A stretch of DNA of 64,000 bases from a virus. The position numbers and the translations under genes are program-made. Shown piece after piece: positions 48,031-60,600 of the stretch. The stretch covers positions 32,001-96,000 of the IMG/VR virus record IMGVR_UViG_3300030085_004590. The stretch is one strand, 5' to 3'. Within the stretch, counting starts at the first letter, position 1. The number at the start of each line of letters is the position of its first letter. The notes below the pieces were generated by a model that was given only the letters and a program-made list of their open reading frames with translations, searched no databases and was not told the origin of the DNA.

Positions 48031-49290
48031 ATGGCAAATTCAAATTTATTGAAAGAAGCTATTGCTGATGCTAAAGCTGTTAGAGAAACTGCTATTGCTA
48101 ATGCTAAAATCGCTCTTGAAGAAGCTTTCACTCCAAGACTACAATCTATCCTTTCTCAAAAACTTCAGCAAGAAATTGAAGGAGAAGATGAGAAACACGA
48201 AGAAGTAGAAGAAGGAACTTACAACGCTGATGGTGAAGAAGAAATCACTGCAGAAGGTGAAGAGGAAGTTAATGAAGAGTACGATAAAGATGATGCTCCT
48301 GACGCAGGTGCTTCTGATATCGGTGATGGAGACAATAAGCAACCTGCAGATGATGCTAATAGTTCATCAGATGTAGCTCAAGGAAACCCTGATACTGAAG
48401 TCGAAACTGCACCAGTTGGTTCTGAAGAGGACGATACTGAAGTAGTTAAAGAAGGCGAAGAATCAGAGGAAGAAGATTCAGTAGAAGAAACTGTATCTGA
48501 AGATTCTCACGAAGAGGAAGAATCTAACGAAGGATATATGGAAGATTCACACGAAGAAGAAGATTCAGTAGATGAAGAACTTGATTTAGAATCAATCATT
48601 AAGGAACTTGAAGCAGAACTTTCTGAAGAAGAAGGTGCTGACCACGAAGAGGAACTTGATGCTGAGGAAAAAGAAGAAGTTGAAGATATCGCTGATGACG
48701 CTGTTGATTCTCATGAAGATGAGAAACACGAAGAAGAAGTGGAAGAAGAAATGTATTCTGAAGAAGATGACTCTGAAGAAGAAGATTTAGATGAAGAAAT
48801 CGATTTAGAAGAAATCCTAAGAGAAATGGGATATGGTTCTGAAGAGGAAGTTTCTGAAGGTGAAGATTCTGAAGAAGAAAAAGAAGAGGTTGAAGAAAAC
48901 AACGAATTAGAAGAAGTAAAAGCTGAGTTAAACGAAGCAATTTCTACTATTAAAGAGTTGAAGTCTACAATCAATGAAGTAAATCTATTAAACGCTAAAT
49001 TACTTTACACTAACAAATTGTTCAGAGCTTATGAACTAAACAACGACCAAAAACACAAAGTTGTTGAAACATTAGACAGAACTAAAAATGTTAGAGAAGT
49101 AAAATTAGTATTCTCAACATTAGCTGAGAGTTTCAAAATAGGTGGAACTTCAAAGAAACAAAAACAAGCTAAAATTAACGAATCATTCGCATCTAAACCA
49201 GTTGCATCGACTGCTCCTAAAAAAGAAGTAATCGCTGAATCAACTAACACGATGGCTGATAGATTCAAAAAATTAGCAAACATTAATTAA
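48031..49290 (+). CDS. Prohead scaffolding protein (T4 gp22-like)
   Basis: Extremely acidic, coiled-coil C-terminus, immediately upstream of major capsid. Confidence 0.8.
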   Translation: MANSNLLKEAIADAKAVRETAIANAKIALEEAFTPRLQSILSQKLQQEIEGEDEKHEEVEEGTYNADGEEEITAEGEEEVNEEYDKDDAPDAGASDIGDGDNKQPADDANSSSDVAQGNPDTEVETAPVGSEEDDTEVVKEGEESEEEDSVEETVSEDSHEEEESNEGYMEDSHEEEDSVDEELDLESIIKELEAELSEEEGADHEEELDAEEKEEVEDIADDAVDSHEDEKHEEEVEEEMYSEEDDSEEEDLDEEIDLEEILREMGYGSEEEVSEGEDSEEEKEEVEENNELEEVKAELNEAISTIKELKSTINEVNLLNAKLLYTNKLFRAYELNNDQKHKVVETLDRTKNVREVKLVFSTLAESFKIGGTSKKQKQAKINESFASKPVASTAPKKEVIAESTNTMADRFKKLANIN

Positions 49291-49318
49291 TTTAACAAAA
49301 TTTTAAGGAGAGATAAAA

Positions 49319-50923
49319 ATGGCAAATTTTGATTTATCTAAACTTATGGAAGGAAAGAACCCACAACAAGTTATGCTTGCTGAGACAAGAGAACTTAAGT
49401 CAAAGTGGGACCAAACTGGACTTCTTGAAGGTTTAAACGAAAGAGAGCAATCTCAAATCTCTGTACTTCTTGAAAACCAAGCAAAACAATTGCTAGATGA
49501 AGCTACTAACACTGGTACTTCAGCAGGTTCAGAGGAGTGGAGTGGTGTTGCTCTTCCATTGGTACGAAGAATTTTTGGTGAAATCGCATCTAAAGAATTC
49601 GTTTCGGTACAACCAATGAACTTACCTTCTGGACTTATTTTCTATTTAGATTTTAAGTACGGAACTGCACAACCAGGTAACCCTGCATTCAACGGAAAAT
49701 CACTTTTCGGTGGTACAGGTTCAGACCTTGGTTCAACTGACTCTGCAACTAACGGTCTTTATGGCGAGGGTAGATTTGCATATTCAGTAAACGATGTAAC
49801 TGATTCAGTTGCAAATGGTGATTTAACAGTAGCTTCTGCTTCATGGGCAGATGTAAACTACGATGCTGATTTATCTGCATCAGTTGCTGACAAATCATTA
49901 ATGAAAATTACATTCGCTCATTCTGAGTTGACAAGACCTGACTTAGATGCAGTAAGAAGTTACTACATCTCAGCATCAGATTTTGCAACTGCAGATGCTT
50001 ATTACCCAGCTCACTCACAGGTTTCTGGTGCAAATATCATTGTATTTGCAAAAGGTGCTGGTTTAGGTATGGCTGATGGATTACAAGTAAAACACTCACA
50101 ACAACCAGTTGCTGAGAACAGAGGTGATTTCGAAGATGGAAACGCATCTGCATCAGTAGGAACAGATTTAGGTATTCCTGAAGTTGACCTAGAGTTAAAG
50201 TCTGAAGCAATCGTTGCTAAGACTAGAAAACTAAAGGCAGTATGGACACCTGAACTTGCTCAAGACCTTAACGCTTACCACTCAATTGACGCTGAAGCTG
50301 AATTAACTTCTATGTTATCTGAGTACATCTCATTAGAGATTGACTTAGAAATCTTAGATATGTTAAAATCAAACGCTTTAACATCTGAGTATTGGTCAGT
50401 AACATTAGGTGAAGAGTACGATGCTAACTCAACTTCATGGGTTGCAGGTTCTAACTCTGCTGCTTATACTAAAAACTCTTGGTTCCAAACTTTAGGAGCA
50501 AAGATTAATAAAGTAAGTAACAAGATTCACCAATTAACTCTAAGAGGTGGAGCAAACTTTATCGTTGCTTCTCCAGACGTATGTACGATTTTAGAATCTA
50601 TACCAGGATTTACTGTATCGGCTGAAAAAGATGCTTCATCTTTCGCAGCAGGTGTAACTACTGTTGGTTCTTTATCAAACAGATACACAGTTTACAAAAA
50701 CCCTTATATGACTTCTAACGAAATCTTATTAGGATTTAAAGGAAGCAACTTCCTAGAGACTGGAGCTGTTTATGCACCGTATGTACCACTTATCATGACA
50801 CCTTTAGTGTATGACCCGACTAACTTCACTCCAAGAAGAGGAGTTATGACGAGATATGCTAAGAAAATGGTAAGACCTGAGTTCTATGGTAAAATCTTCG
50901 TTAAAGATTTAAATAACTTATAA
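49319..50923 (+). CDS. Major capsid protein (T4 gp23-like)
   Basis: LLENQ, LVRR, VQPMNLPSGLIF, AKTRKLKAVWTPELAQDL, YAPYVPL, PRRGVMTRY; AAGGAG at 49305. Confidence 0.97.
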   Translation: MANFDLSKLMEGKNPQQVMLAETRELKSKWDQTGLLEGLNEREQSQISVLLENQAKQLLDEATNTGTSAGSEEWSGVALPLVRRIFGEIASKEFVSVQPMNLPSGLIFYLDFKYGTAQPGNPAFNGKSLFGGTGSDLGSTDSATNGLYGEGRFAYSVNDVTDSVANGDLTVASASWADVNYDADLSASVADKSLMKITFAHSELTRPDLDAVRSYYISASDFATADAYYPAHSQVSGANIIVFAKGAGLGMADGLQVKHSQQPVAENRGDFEDGNASASVGTDLGIPEVDLELKSEAIVAKTRKLKAVWTPELAQDLNAYHSIDAEAELTSMLSEYISLEIDLEILDMLKSNALTSEYWSVTLGEEYDANSTSWVAGSNSAAYTKNSWFQTLGAKINKVSNKIHQLTLRGGANFIVASPDVCTILESIPGFTVSAEKDASSFAAGVTTVGSLSNRYTVYKNPYMTSNEILLGFKGSNFLETGAVYAPYVPLIMTPLVYDPTNFTPRRGVMTRYAKKMVRPEFYGKIFVKDLNNL

Positions 50924-50951
50924 TAGTTAATTAAAACTTTATAGAAAAATT

Positions 50952-50984
50952 AAGAGGGGTTCGTAAGTTCCCCTCTTTTTTTTT
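50952..50984 (+). terminator. Rho-independent terminator after major capsid gene
   Basis: AAGAGGGG / 10-nt loop / CCCCTCTT followed by a T run. Confidence 0.85.
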
Positions 50985-51012
50985 ATTTTATACTCTCCTT
51001 TTCAATTAATTT

Positions 51013-51021
51013 ATATTTATA
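51013..51021 (+). promoter_or_regulatory. ATATTTATA motif restarting transcription after the terminator
   Basis: Between terminator and neck gene; AAGGAG at 51040-51045. Confidence 0.7.
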
Positions 51022-51054
51022 GTAGTATAATTGAATAGTAAGGAGTAGAAAAAT

Positions 51055-52206
51055 ATGTCACAAGCAAGAATTTGGACAGGTTCAGCAGATTTTACCTCAG
51101 GTTCTTCAACCCCTTTCGGTACATATGATTCGGATTCATCTTTTCAAACAGATGCACCTAAAATAGCATCTTGGTGTGCAAAAAGATTAGGATATCCGAT
51201 TATTGATATTGAATTACAAGGAGAGAACTTTTTTGCGGTATTTGAAGAAGCAGTGAGTGAATACTCATCTCAAGTGAACCAATTTAATATAAGAAATAAC
51301 CTCGGAGCATTAGAAGGACAAGCAACTGGTTCAAACTATACTGGCCAATCAGTATTAGGTTCAGAACTAAATAATGTTGCAACAATAGCAGAAACTTATG
51401 GTAATTTTGCTAATGTTGGTGGTAGAACTGATATAAAGAAAGATTATATTACAGTTAATACTGGTTCCCAAGAATACGATTTACAAACCCTATTTGCAAA
51501 TGTTTCAGAAAGTGGTGAAAGAATTGATGTAACAAAAGTATTTTACGAAACATCACCTGCTATTCAAAGATTCTTTGACCCTTACTCAGTAAGTGGACAA
51601 GGAACACTTAACTTGATTGATGAATTTGGTTTCGGTTCATTCTCACCAGCGGCACAATTTATCTTAATGCCAATTTACGAAGATATGTTAAGAATTCAAC
51701 AAATTGAATTCAATGACCAAATCAGAAAATCAGCACATACATTCAATATAGTAAATAATAAATTACAAATATTTCCAAAACCAACAACAGAATACAAACT
51801 TTGGTTTGAATATCAAGTTGTAAAAGATAGAAGAGAAAATGCAACTATTATAACTCCTAATGTAGTATCAGATTACTCAAATGTAGGATATAACTTTGCA
51901 GAATATAACAAAATCAATGATGTTGGTAAACAATGGATAAGAAAATATACACTCGCTTTGGCAAAAGAGATGTTGGGTGCAGTTAGAGAAAAATATTCAA
52001 CTGTTCCTATACCTGGTTCTGAAGTTTCTTTAGATGGTGCAGCATTAAGAGCTGAAGCACAAACAGAAAAAGATGCTCTTATTGAACAATTAAGAGAGAA
52101 TCTGAATGAAGTAAGTAAAAAACAAAGAATGGAAAACGAAGCATCAATGGTTGAACAACAACAACAAGTAATGAATCGTGTTCCACTAAACATTTATATA
52201 GGATAA
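51055..52206 (+). CDS. Neck protein (T4 gp13-like)
   Basis: RLGYPIIDIEL, WIRKYTLALAKEMLG..R.KY, IPG..V.LDG. Confidence 0.85.
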   Translation: MSQARIWTGSADFTSGSSTPFGTYDSDSSFQTDAPKIASWCAKRLGYPIIDIELQGENFFAVFEEAVSEYSSQVNQFNIRNNLGALEGQATGSNYTGQSVLGSELNNVATIAETYGNFANVGGRTDIKKDYITVNTGSQEYDLQTLFANVSESGERIDVTKVFYETSPAIQRFFDPYSVSGQGTLNLIDEFGFGSFSPAAQFILMPIYEDMLRIQQIEFNDQIRKSAHTFNIVNNKLQIFPKPTTEYKLWFEYQVVKDRRENATIITPNVVSDYSNVGYNFAEYNKINDVGKQWIRKYTLALAKEMLGAVREKYSTVPIPGSEVSLDGAALRAEAQTEKDALIEQLRENLNEVSKKQRMENEASMVEQQQQVMNRVPLNIYIG

Positions 52207-52210
52207 AATT

Positions 52211-52774
52211 ATGCCGAAGTTTTTCAACGCAAAAGATTTAGATTTCATCAAAACTATTTCTGAGGAAGTAGTAGATTATGTTGTGGAACAAGCTGTAACT
52301 TTATTTAAGGTATCAGTTGGTGAAACAAAAACTAATCTATATGGTGAATCTTTAGGTAAAGTTTGGAGAGCACCTTCTACTGTTATGGCGATAGTAGATA
52401 GGGAACCTGCAAATGTTGTATATGAAGGATTTGGTGCAGATAAACAACAGGCAGTAGAATTTAGATTTAATAGAATGAGATGTAGAGAAACTTCTTATTC
52501 GGTTCCAAAAATTAGAGATGTGAATGGAACTCTTGTACCAACTGAAGCAATCCAAAATTTAACAGTTGGTTATCCTGAAATTGGTGATGTAATTCTTTTT
52601 GATGGTACATATTATGAAATTGATAATGTAAGAGAACACCAATTAATAGGTGGTCAACCTGAAATCTATGACCAAGAAGGTGATTCATTCGATGATTCAA
52701 GAATGGTTCTAACCGCAGTTGCATTTATGGTAAGAAGAAGTCAAATTCAAATAGATGAAAGGATATATCACTAA
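52211..52774 (+). CDS. Head completion/neck protein (gp14-like)
   Basis: NLYGES, PEIGDVI...YYEID; position after gp13-like gene. Confidence 0.65.
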   Translation: MPKFFNAKDLDFIKTISEEVVDYVVEQAVTLFKVSVGETKTNLYGESLGKVWRAPSTVMAIVDREPANVVYEGFGADKQQAVEFRFNRMRCRETSYSVPKIRDVNGTLVPTEAIQNLTVGYPEIGDVILFDGTYYEIDNVREHQLIGGQPEIYDQEGDSFDDSRMVLTAVAFMVRRSQIQIDERIYH

Positions 52775-53934
52775 TGGCAATAGACCCTTTAAAAAAATTA
52801 CCTAAAAACAGAGCCCTACAATACAAAAAAGAAAGTATTGAACAAGGAAAGGGTGTAAGATTATATGATGTTGATTTAGCAATCGCAGAACATATGATTG
52901 ATACTGTATTGCCTACTGTTGAGATATTCCAAGAAAAACAAAAAGTACCAGTTGTATATGGTAATCCTGAGAGATGGAAATCAGTACAAAAAGATGGATA
53001 CCTAAGAGATAAAAAAGGAATGTTACAGATTCCTTTGGTAATGTTCAAAAGAAACTCAATTGAACGAAACGATACATTATCAAACACAATGAATCGTCAT
53101 GTATCTTACCCATCAGTATCAAAATATTCTAAAAAACATAGATACGATAGATTTTCTGCAATGACTGCAACTGAAAAACCAGTTGAATTATATGATATCG
53201 TTATACCTGATTATGTAACCCTAACATATGAAGTAATAATTTGGACTGATTTTACAGAACATATGAACAAAGTAGTTGAAGCATTTCAATATGCAACAGA
53301 TGAATATTGGGGAGATAAGGGTGGATTTAAATTTAGAGTAAAAATAGATTCATTTGATAATACAACTGAAATAAGTGAAGGTTCTCAAAGAATAGTAAGA
53401 ACAAACTTTACAATGGCAGTAAATGCATATCTTTTACCAGAACAATTTGATAATGAATCGACTCATAAAAAATCAATTAGTGGTAAAAAAGTTGTATGGG
53501 GATTAGAAACTGATATGACAGGGCTAGATGGTGGAAATGTTACAAATTCCACAATTAAAAAGAAATTAATGAATGAATATTCAGATGCAATTGATTTTAT
53601 TTCGATAAGAGGTTCGAAACAAGGTTCATTTGTTGATGCAGATACAATGAAAATAACGAGTGTAGAACAACCGAAATTACCACCTGAACTAATTGGTACA
53701 TTTAATGAAGATGAGTGGTATAGAGTGTATATAAATGGTGTTTTTATACCAAAAGCAAAATACAATGTTGTTTATCAAGATAATACAGATGAAATTTATT
53801 TTAATTTTTCAACAGGTTCTTTATCAGAAGGTGGAACATATCCAACTGATTTACAATCAACAACAACTGATTTAGGATATATTTTAGAAAATACAGATGA
53901 ATTTGGAGTAACCGGTAAATTTATAGAATTATAA
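52774..53934 (+). CDS. Tail terminator/sheath stabiliser (gp15-like) with C-terminal extension
   Basis: VPVVYGNPERW, LTYEVIIWT...MNKVVE; position. Confidence 0.6.
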   Translation: MAIDPLKKLPKNRALQYKKESIEQGKGVRLYDVDLAIAEHMIDTVLPTVEIFQEKQKVPVVYGNPERWKSVQKDGYLRDKKGMLQIPLVMFKRNSIERNDTLSNTMNRHVSYPSVSKYSKKHRYDRFSAMTATEKPVELYDIVIPDYVTLTYEVIIWTDFTEHMNKVVEAFQYATDEYWGDKGGFKFRVKIDSFDNTTEISEGSQRIVRTNFTMAVNAYLLPEQFDNESTHKKSISGKKVVWGLETDMTGLDGGNVTNSTIKKKLMNEYSDAIDFISIRGSKQGSFVDADTMKITSVEQPKLPPELIGTFNEDEWYRVYINGVFIPKAKYNVVYQDNTDEIYFNFSTGSLSEGGTYPTDLQSTTTDLGYILENTDEFGVTGKFIEL

Positions 53935-54263
53935 TGGCATTAAAGGATTTAGTAAATATATTAACACAAGTGCATGAACCAGATGAGTATCAATTAACAG
54001 CTCATGATATGAATCATACATCATATTGGATTTGGAAGTTGACTGATGGGAAGATGAAAGATTTAGATATAAATCTTAGAACTTTTAGACCAGAACACGC
54101 GAGGTTTGACATATTTATAAATGGCCAATATATTTTGGAAAATGATTATGTTTTTGAACATGATGGTAAAAATTTACTTATCAAGTTTATAAAAGCTAAT
54201 TTTAGTTATAATTTAAGTAGTAGTGATGAGATAAAAATCGAGGGAGATATACAAGTAGGATGA
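53934..54263 (+). CDS. Hypothetical virion protein
   Basis: Coupled ORF; DIFINGQ motif resembles VYINGV in the preceding protein. Confidence 0.55.
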   Translation: MALKDLVNILTQVHEPDEYQLTAHDMNHTSYWIWKLTDGKMKDLDINLRTFRPEHARFDIFINGQYILENDYVFEHDGKNLLIKFIKANFSYNLSSSDEIKIEGDIQVG

Positions 54264-54628
54264 GTTCAAAACCAAAACCAAATGTAATAACTCCTTTCGA
54301 TGATAAACAAAGGTTTAAGAATCTTGTATTAGAGGTAATTAAAGACATGGAAGTTTTTAATCATGTACCTGATTCTATTTCATTAGATGGTAATAATTTT
54401 ACACTTACTTTATCTAATAAAAAACTTGTTTATCAAGATGTATCTGTTGATTCCCTCTCCGATTATGTGGATGTTTTTCTACAAGGAGTAAAAAAACCAT
54501 CAGATATTTATTCGGTTACTGATAATGGAACAAATGTAGTAATAGTTTTTACTGAAAGTATCACACTAAGTCCTGGTGATATAGTGAATACAGATTTTTC
54601 AGTAAAAGGAAAGATAGTGAGTAGATAA
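54260..54628 (+). CDS. Hypothetical virion protein
   Basis: Coupled ORF; DVFLQGV, similar beta module. Confidence 0.55.
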   Translation: MSSKPKPNVITPFDDKQRFKNLVLEVIKDMEVFNHVPDSISLDGNNFTLTLSNKKLVYQDVSVDSLSDYVDVFLQGVKKPSDIYSVTDNGTNVVIVFTESITLSPGDIVNTDFSVKGKIVSR

Positions 54629-57600
54629 TGGCAACATTAATTCAAAGTAAACAGATAGAAGGAGTAGTAACCGCCTCGGTAGTTACTGGTGAATTTCAAG
54701 TAAGTGGTTCATCCCAATTTACTGGTTCATTAAGTATAAATGGTGATGTTACTGCAACTGGTGCCTTTATAGGAGATGGTTCTCAATTAACATTTGGTGG
54801 TACTGGTTTAGTTACTGGTTCTTCTCAAATATCATTTACTGGTTTAAGTGGATTACCAAGTGGTTTAGTAAGTGGTTCTTCTCAAATAAATTACTCTTCA
54901 ATACAAAATACACCAACATTTTTACCAGGTGATAATGTAACAATCACTTCTGGTAGTAATATTATTACAATATCATCAACAGGCGGTGGTGGTGGTTCAA
55001 ATGATTCTCTTAACTCATTTACTGCATCTTATTATACTGATTCTGCATCATTTGATACAAGGATAGATGGTATTAATGCAAGTGGTAGTGGTGCTAATTG
55101 GAATGTAAATTTATCAAATATACCAAGTGGTTTAGTTAGTGGTTCATCACAAATTACATATTCTGAAATAGATAGTATCCCAAGTGGTATCATAAGTGGT
55201 TCAGAACAACTACCAGCAGGTGTTGTAAGTGGTTCTATACAAGTTTTAGGTGGAACTGATATAATTAGTGGTTCACAACAAATTACTGCGTTAGGATTCA
55301 TTTCTTCATCTCATACAGATATAACATCTTTAAACTCATACACTGCATCAAACGATATTAATATTTCTAATTTAGAATCAACAACTGCTTCATTAGATAC
55401 AAGAATAACTCAATTATCAAATGCAACAGGTTCTTATGAAACTATTGGAAGAGGAATTATAAGTTCATCAGAACAATTCCCAAGTGGTATTTTAAGTGGT
55501 TCTGCACAAATTACATCTTTAGGATTTATATCAGAATCATCGGTAAATACATCATTAAATGATTATACTGCATCGAATGATATAAACATAAGTAATATTC
55601 ATTCCACAACTGCTTCGTTAGAACAAAGAGTTGGACAAATCGAATCAAATACAGGTTCTTATGATGATTTAACTAATATTTCATCCTTAAACGCATTTAC
55701 ATCATCGGCAACGATACAATTATCTAATTTAGAATCAACAACTGCTTCATTAGATACAAGAATCACTACTGAAAAGGATAGAATAGATAATATATTAAGT
55801 GGGGCTAATGCAGATTACGACCAATTCGTAGAGATTGTTGATTTAGTAAACTCAACAGATACAGAAAATGATACTGCATTCGCAAATCACTATACTTCAA
55901 GTAGACAAAGAGATTTATCACTCGAACAATTCAGTAGTTCAATACAAACTGAAGTAGATGGATTAAGTGCAGCAACTTCTTCATATCTAACTTCATTAGA
56001 TAGTGGTATTATAAGTTCATCAGAACAATTACCTGGTGGAATAGTAAGTGGAAGTTCGCAATTAACTGGTTTAGGATTCCTAAGTGGTTCTTTATTACCA
56101 GGTACAAATATAACAATCAACTCTGGTAGTGATGGATTCTTTATTAGTTCTTCAGCAGGTGGTGGTTCAAGTGTAACTGTTTCAGATTCAGCACCAGGTT
56201 CACCATCAGAAGGTGATTTATGGTGGAAATCAAATGATGGTAATCTTTATGTTTACTATGATGGTTATTGGGTAATATCAGTTGATACTACAAATGCTTT
56301 ACCATCAGGTGTTCTTAGTGGTTCTGCACAAATTACTGCTTTAGGATTTGTAAGTAGTAGTGGTGATAGTACACCAGCAGGAACAATTAGTGGTTCACAA
56401 CAGATTACTGATTTAGGATTCATTTCCTCATCAGATTCAACAACATCATTAAATACATTTACTTCTTCTATACAAACACAAGTAAATGGATTAAGTGCAG
56501 CAACTTCATCTTACTTAACATCAAGTGGTTCAGTAGATTTTACAGATATTACTTCAGTACCAAGTGGTATTATAAGTGGTTCATCACAAATAACAGCATT
56601 AGGATTTGTAAGTGAAAGTGGAGATAGTACACCAGCAGGAACTGTAAGTGGTTCATCTCAATTAACCGCTTCATATGATGCAAGATATCAATTAAGTGGT
56701 TCATCTATTCCTTTTGATGGAAATAGAATTGTATCACAAGAAAAATTACCAACGATGTTTACTTCATCGTTTAATCCAGGTACAAGTGGTTCAGTTGTAG
56801 ATTTCTTAAATGCAATATTTTATCCAAACACAGAACCATCAATCACAAGTGGTAATCAAACAATTTCTGAATATAGTGCAAGTTCAGCTGCTATATTCAC
56901 ATTAGAAGCAACAGACCCGGAAGGTCAATCACTTACTTTTGGAACTGCATCTGATTATACAGATGATTTAGTTAGAGTAGCATCAAATGGTGTTGTAACT
57001 TTAAATGCATTAGCAGAATCATCTTCATTTAATACTGATTTAGTAGGTGGTTCACATGGACACACATTTACTGCAACTGCAACAGATACATTTAACTCTA
57101 CTGTTGAAAAAGATATTACAATATTTGTAACTCCAAACGCAGCACCAATATTTAGAGAAACTTCAGTAAGTGGAAATCAAATTACAAATGTTACTGCAAG
57201 TTTAAATGAAAGTTCATCTGATGGTACATTAGTAAAAAGAATATTCTTTACAGATGCTGAAAGTGATACAATTACAATTGATTCATCATCAATATCACCT
57301 CAAGCACATTTTACAATAACAAAATCATCAACTTATGTTGATATAACACAAAATACAGGTTCACTTAATTACGAAGTAGACCCATTATATACTTTTAGTA
57401 TTAGTGCATCTGATGAACATTTTCAAAATTCACAAGATTCTGATTCAATATCAGTTTTACCAATATCAATTAGTGTTGTAGATAATGCAACTCCAACTGT
57501 GAACAATCAAACTCTTTCATCTATAAATGAAAATAGTTCAAATGGTGCAGCGGTTGGTACTATATCTGCAACTGATTCAGAAGGAAATACAATAACATTT

Positions 57601-60600
57601 ACAAACTTTAGTTTATATAGATTAGAATTAGATAATGTTTTAGTTAGTAGTGGTTCATATGGTGGAACATCACAATTAACAGACCCACATGAAAATCCAT
57701 TCCAAATGGATTCAAGTGGTAATGTAACAAGAAAGAATGGTGTATTTATAAATTCTGATTTAATCAACGAATATCAATATACTGTTGAGGTTAGAGATGC
57801 ATATAATAATAACTCTAATCCCGCAATAGTTACTATACCAATTGCTGATGATACACCAGCAACAGTTTCAGATAACTGGGTAGTTGGCCCTTATATTAAA
57901 GAATCTGAAGAAAGTGGTGTAACTATAAAAACTATAAACTATGGAATCAACAATGATGCAGATTATCAATCAACTCAAGCTGGTACTTGGAGTTCATCTA
58001 ATCCAGCAATATCAATCAACTCAGGTGGTGGCTTAACATTAGGTGTTGATTTAAGTGGTTCGGTAACTCAAAGTGGAGATACTTTAGATTCAACAATTAC
58101 ATTTACAAATAGTTTTGGTACAACTACAACTGATAATTTGAGTGTAGTAATTGTAGCAAATCATCACCCAAGTGCATCATTTACATTACAAAATTCAAAT
58201 CTAAATACTAATTTAGCAACAACGAATACAAATTTGGTTTCTGTATCGATAACGGATACAGAGAGTGATACTCCTTATTCTGCTTCTTTATCTGGTACTG
58301 ATGCAGCAAAGCTTAATATCAATTATACAAACTCAAATTCATCATCTCTCTTCATTAGAGCAAATGAGAACTTATCTGCAGGAACCATAACTTATAACCT
58401 AAGAGTAACTGATGCTTATAGTGAAGTTTCAGATTACACAGGTCAAACAATTTCTATCAATCAAGCTGATACAGGTACACTTGGTGGGGATACAACATCA
58501 TATTTAATAGAATCATCAAGAAGTGGTTCAGTTTTAAGAGATGCAAGTGGTTTCGAATCAGGTAGTGCTTCACAATTAAGTGTTTCATACTCTGGCTCAG
58601 ATGGTACTCCATCAGTACAATCATTCACTTCATCAAATGCTGCAATTGCAATTGATAATAGTGGTAGTTTAACATTAGCAGTTGATATTAGTGGTTCTGC
58701 TACATCTTCAGGTGATACAATATCATCTGATATCACATTCTCTGATAACTATGGTAATATAGGTAGTGGTAGTTTAACTGTAAATGTATTTGCAAACTCA
58801 CATCCAAGTGCATCATTTACTAATAATAGTAGTGTTTATAATACAAACCAAGCAACATCAAGTGCATTAATGGTTTCATTAACAATTACAGATGCTGAAT
58901 CAGATACTCCATTCAGTATGAGTTTAAGTGGAACAGATGCAAGTAAATTTAATATAGTACCACAAAATTCAAATACTTCTTCAGTTCAGTTAACTGCAGC
59001 ATCTGATTTTGCTGGTGGAACTTATTCATATACTGCATCAATTTTTGACCAATTTGGTGAAACATCACAATATGAAAGAGAAATTACAATTGCTCAGGCA
59101 AATTTAGGAACTTTAACAACAAATGGAACATTCTATATTATAGAATCAGCAACAAGTACTGCACCAATTAGAACAAACTCAAATGGTAGAACTGGTACAC
59201 AAGGTGATTTAGGAGTTACTTATTCACCAAACTATGGTTCACAAGTTGTACAAGAATTTACATCATCAAATGCATTAATTGCAGTAAATTCAAGTGGTAA
59301 TTTAACTGTTGGAACAAATATAAGTGGTAGTGGTAATGTTAGTGGAGATTCAATTAGTTCAAATATAACATGGGCAGACCAACATGGTAATGTAGGTAGT
59401 GGTTCAATATCAGTTAATGTAACTACAAACAATGCACCAAATGTAAATACAACATCAACTTCTAATTTAAACACAAACCAAGCAACTGGTTCAGCAACAC
59501 TACTTCAATTAGGTATAAATGATGCTGAAAGTGATGCAATACCTAATAGTGCATTGAGTTTTGAGGGATATAATACAACTTATTTTACACCTACTATCAA
59601 CTCTTCAACAATGTTCTTGTCAGTAAACAATACTTCAGTACCTTCTGGTACATATCCATATACTGCATCACTTCAAGATGTTCATGGATTTAGTACAAGA
59701 AAAGTAAATGGTTCATTTACTATTGCACAAGCAGATACTGGTACATTAACTGGTGATACTTCAATTTATGCAGTTGAATCAGCGTTAAGTGGTTCAGTAC
59801 TTAGAGATGCGACTGGATTTGGAAATGGAAATGCATCAGATGTTGATGTTTCTTATTCACCATCATATGGTTCACCAACTGTTCAATCATTTACCTCATC
59901 AAATGCAGCGATTGCAATAAGTGATAGTGGAGCAATGACATTAGCAGTTGATTTAAGTGGTTCAGCAACACAAAGTGGAGATACTGTATCTACAACAATA
60001 ACTTTTGATGACCAATATGGAAATGTTGGTAGTGGTTCGGTAACACTTAATGTATTTAGTAACCAATCACCAGCAGCAGCTTTTGTATCATCATCAAATT
60101 ATGAAAGTGATAATGCAACAAGTGGTTCCGATGCTGGAGCATTAACAGTAACCGATACAGAAAGTAATTCACCATTTACAATAACACTTGCTGGTACAGA
60201 TGGTGGTAAGTTTGATGTTAGTGGTTCATCATCACCATTTGAAATACAACCAACTGGTTCATTAACTGCTGGAACATATACAATTAACATAACAGTAACA
60301 GATAGTTACTCAGAATCAGTAACATTATCTAATCAAACAATAACAGTTGACCAATCTGCAAACAATGGTGAAGTATATATTTATTATTCAAATGCAGCAT
60401 CAGATTCTGCACTTGGTTCTAGTTACTTAGCGGTAATGGGAGCAGATTCAGTAGATGGTTCAACTCCACCAGAAGTGAATGGATTTACAGCAAATAGTGC
60501 ATCACCATTCTTCCAAATGACTGGTTCAATTGGTGATTCATCTTACTCACTTGCGGGTGGAAAAACAATGACATTAGCAGCCACAATAAGTGGTTCGGAT

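Noticed and set aside
54780-56700. Recurrent agtggttc repeats resembling a CRISPR or DNA repeat array
   Set aside because: In-frame coding repeats (SGS) with synonymous variation and irregular spacing.
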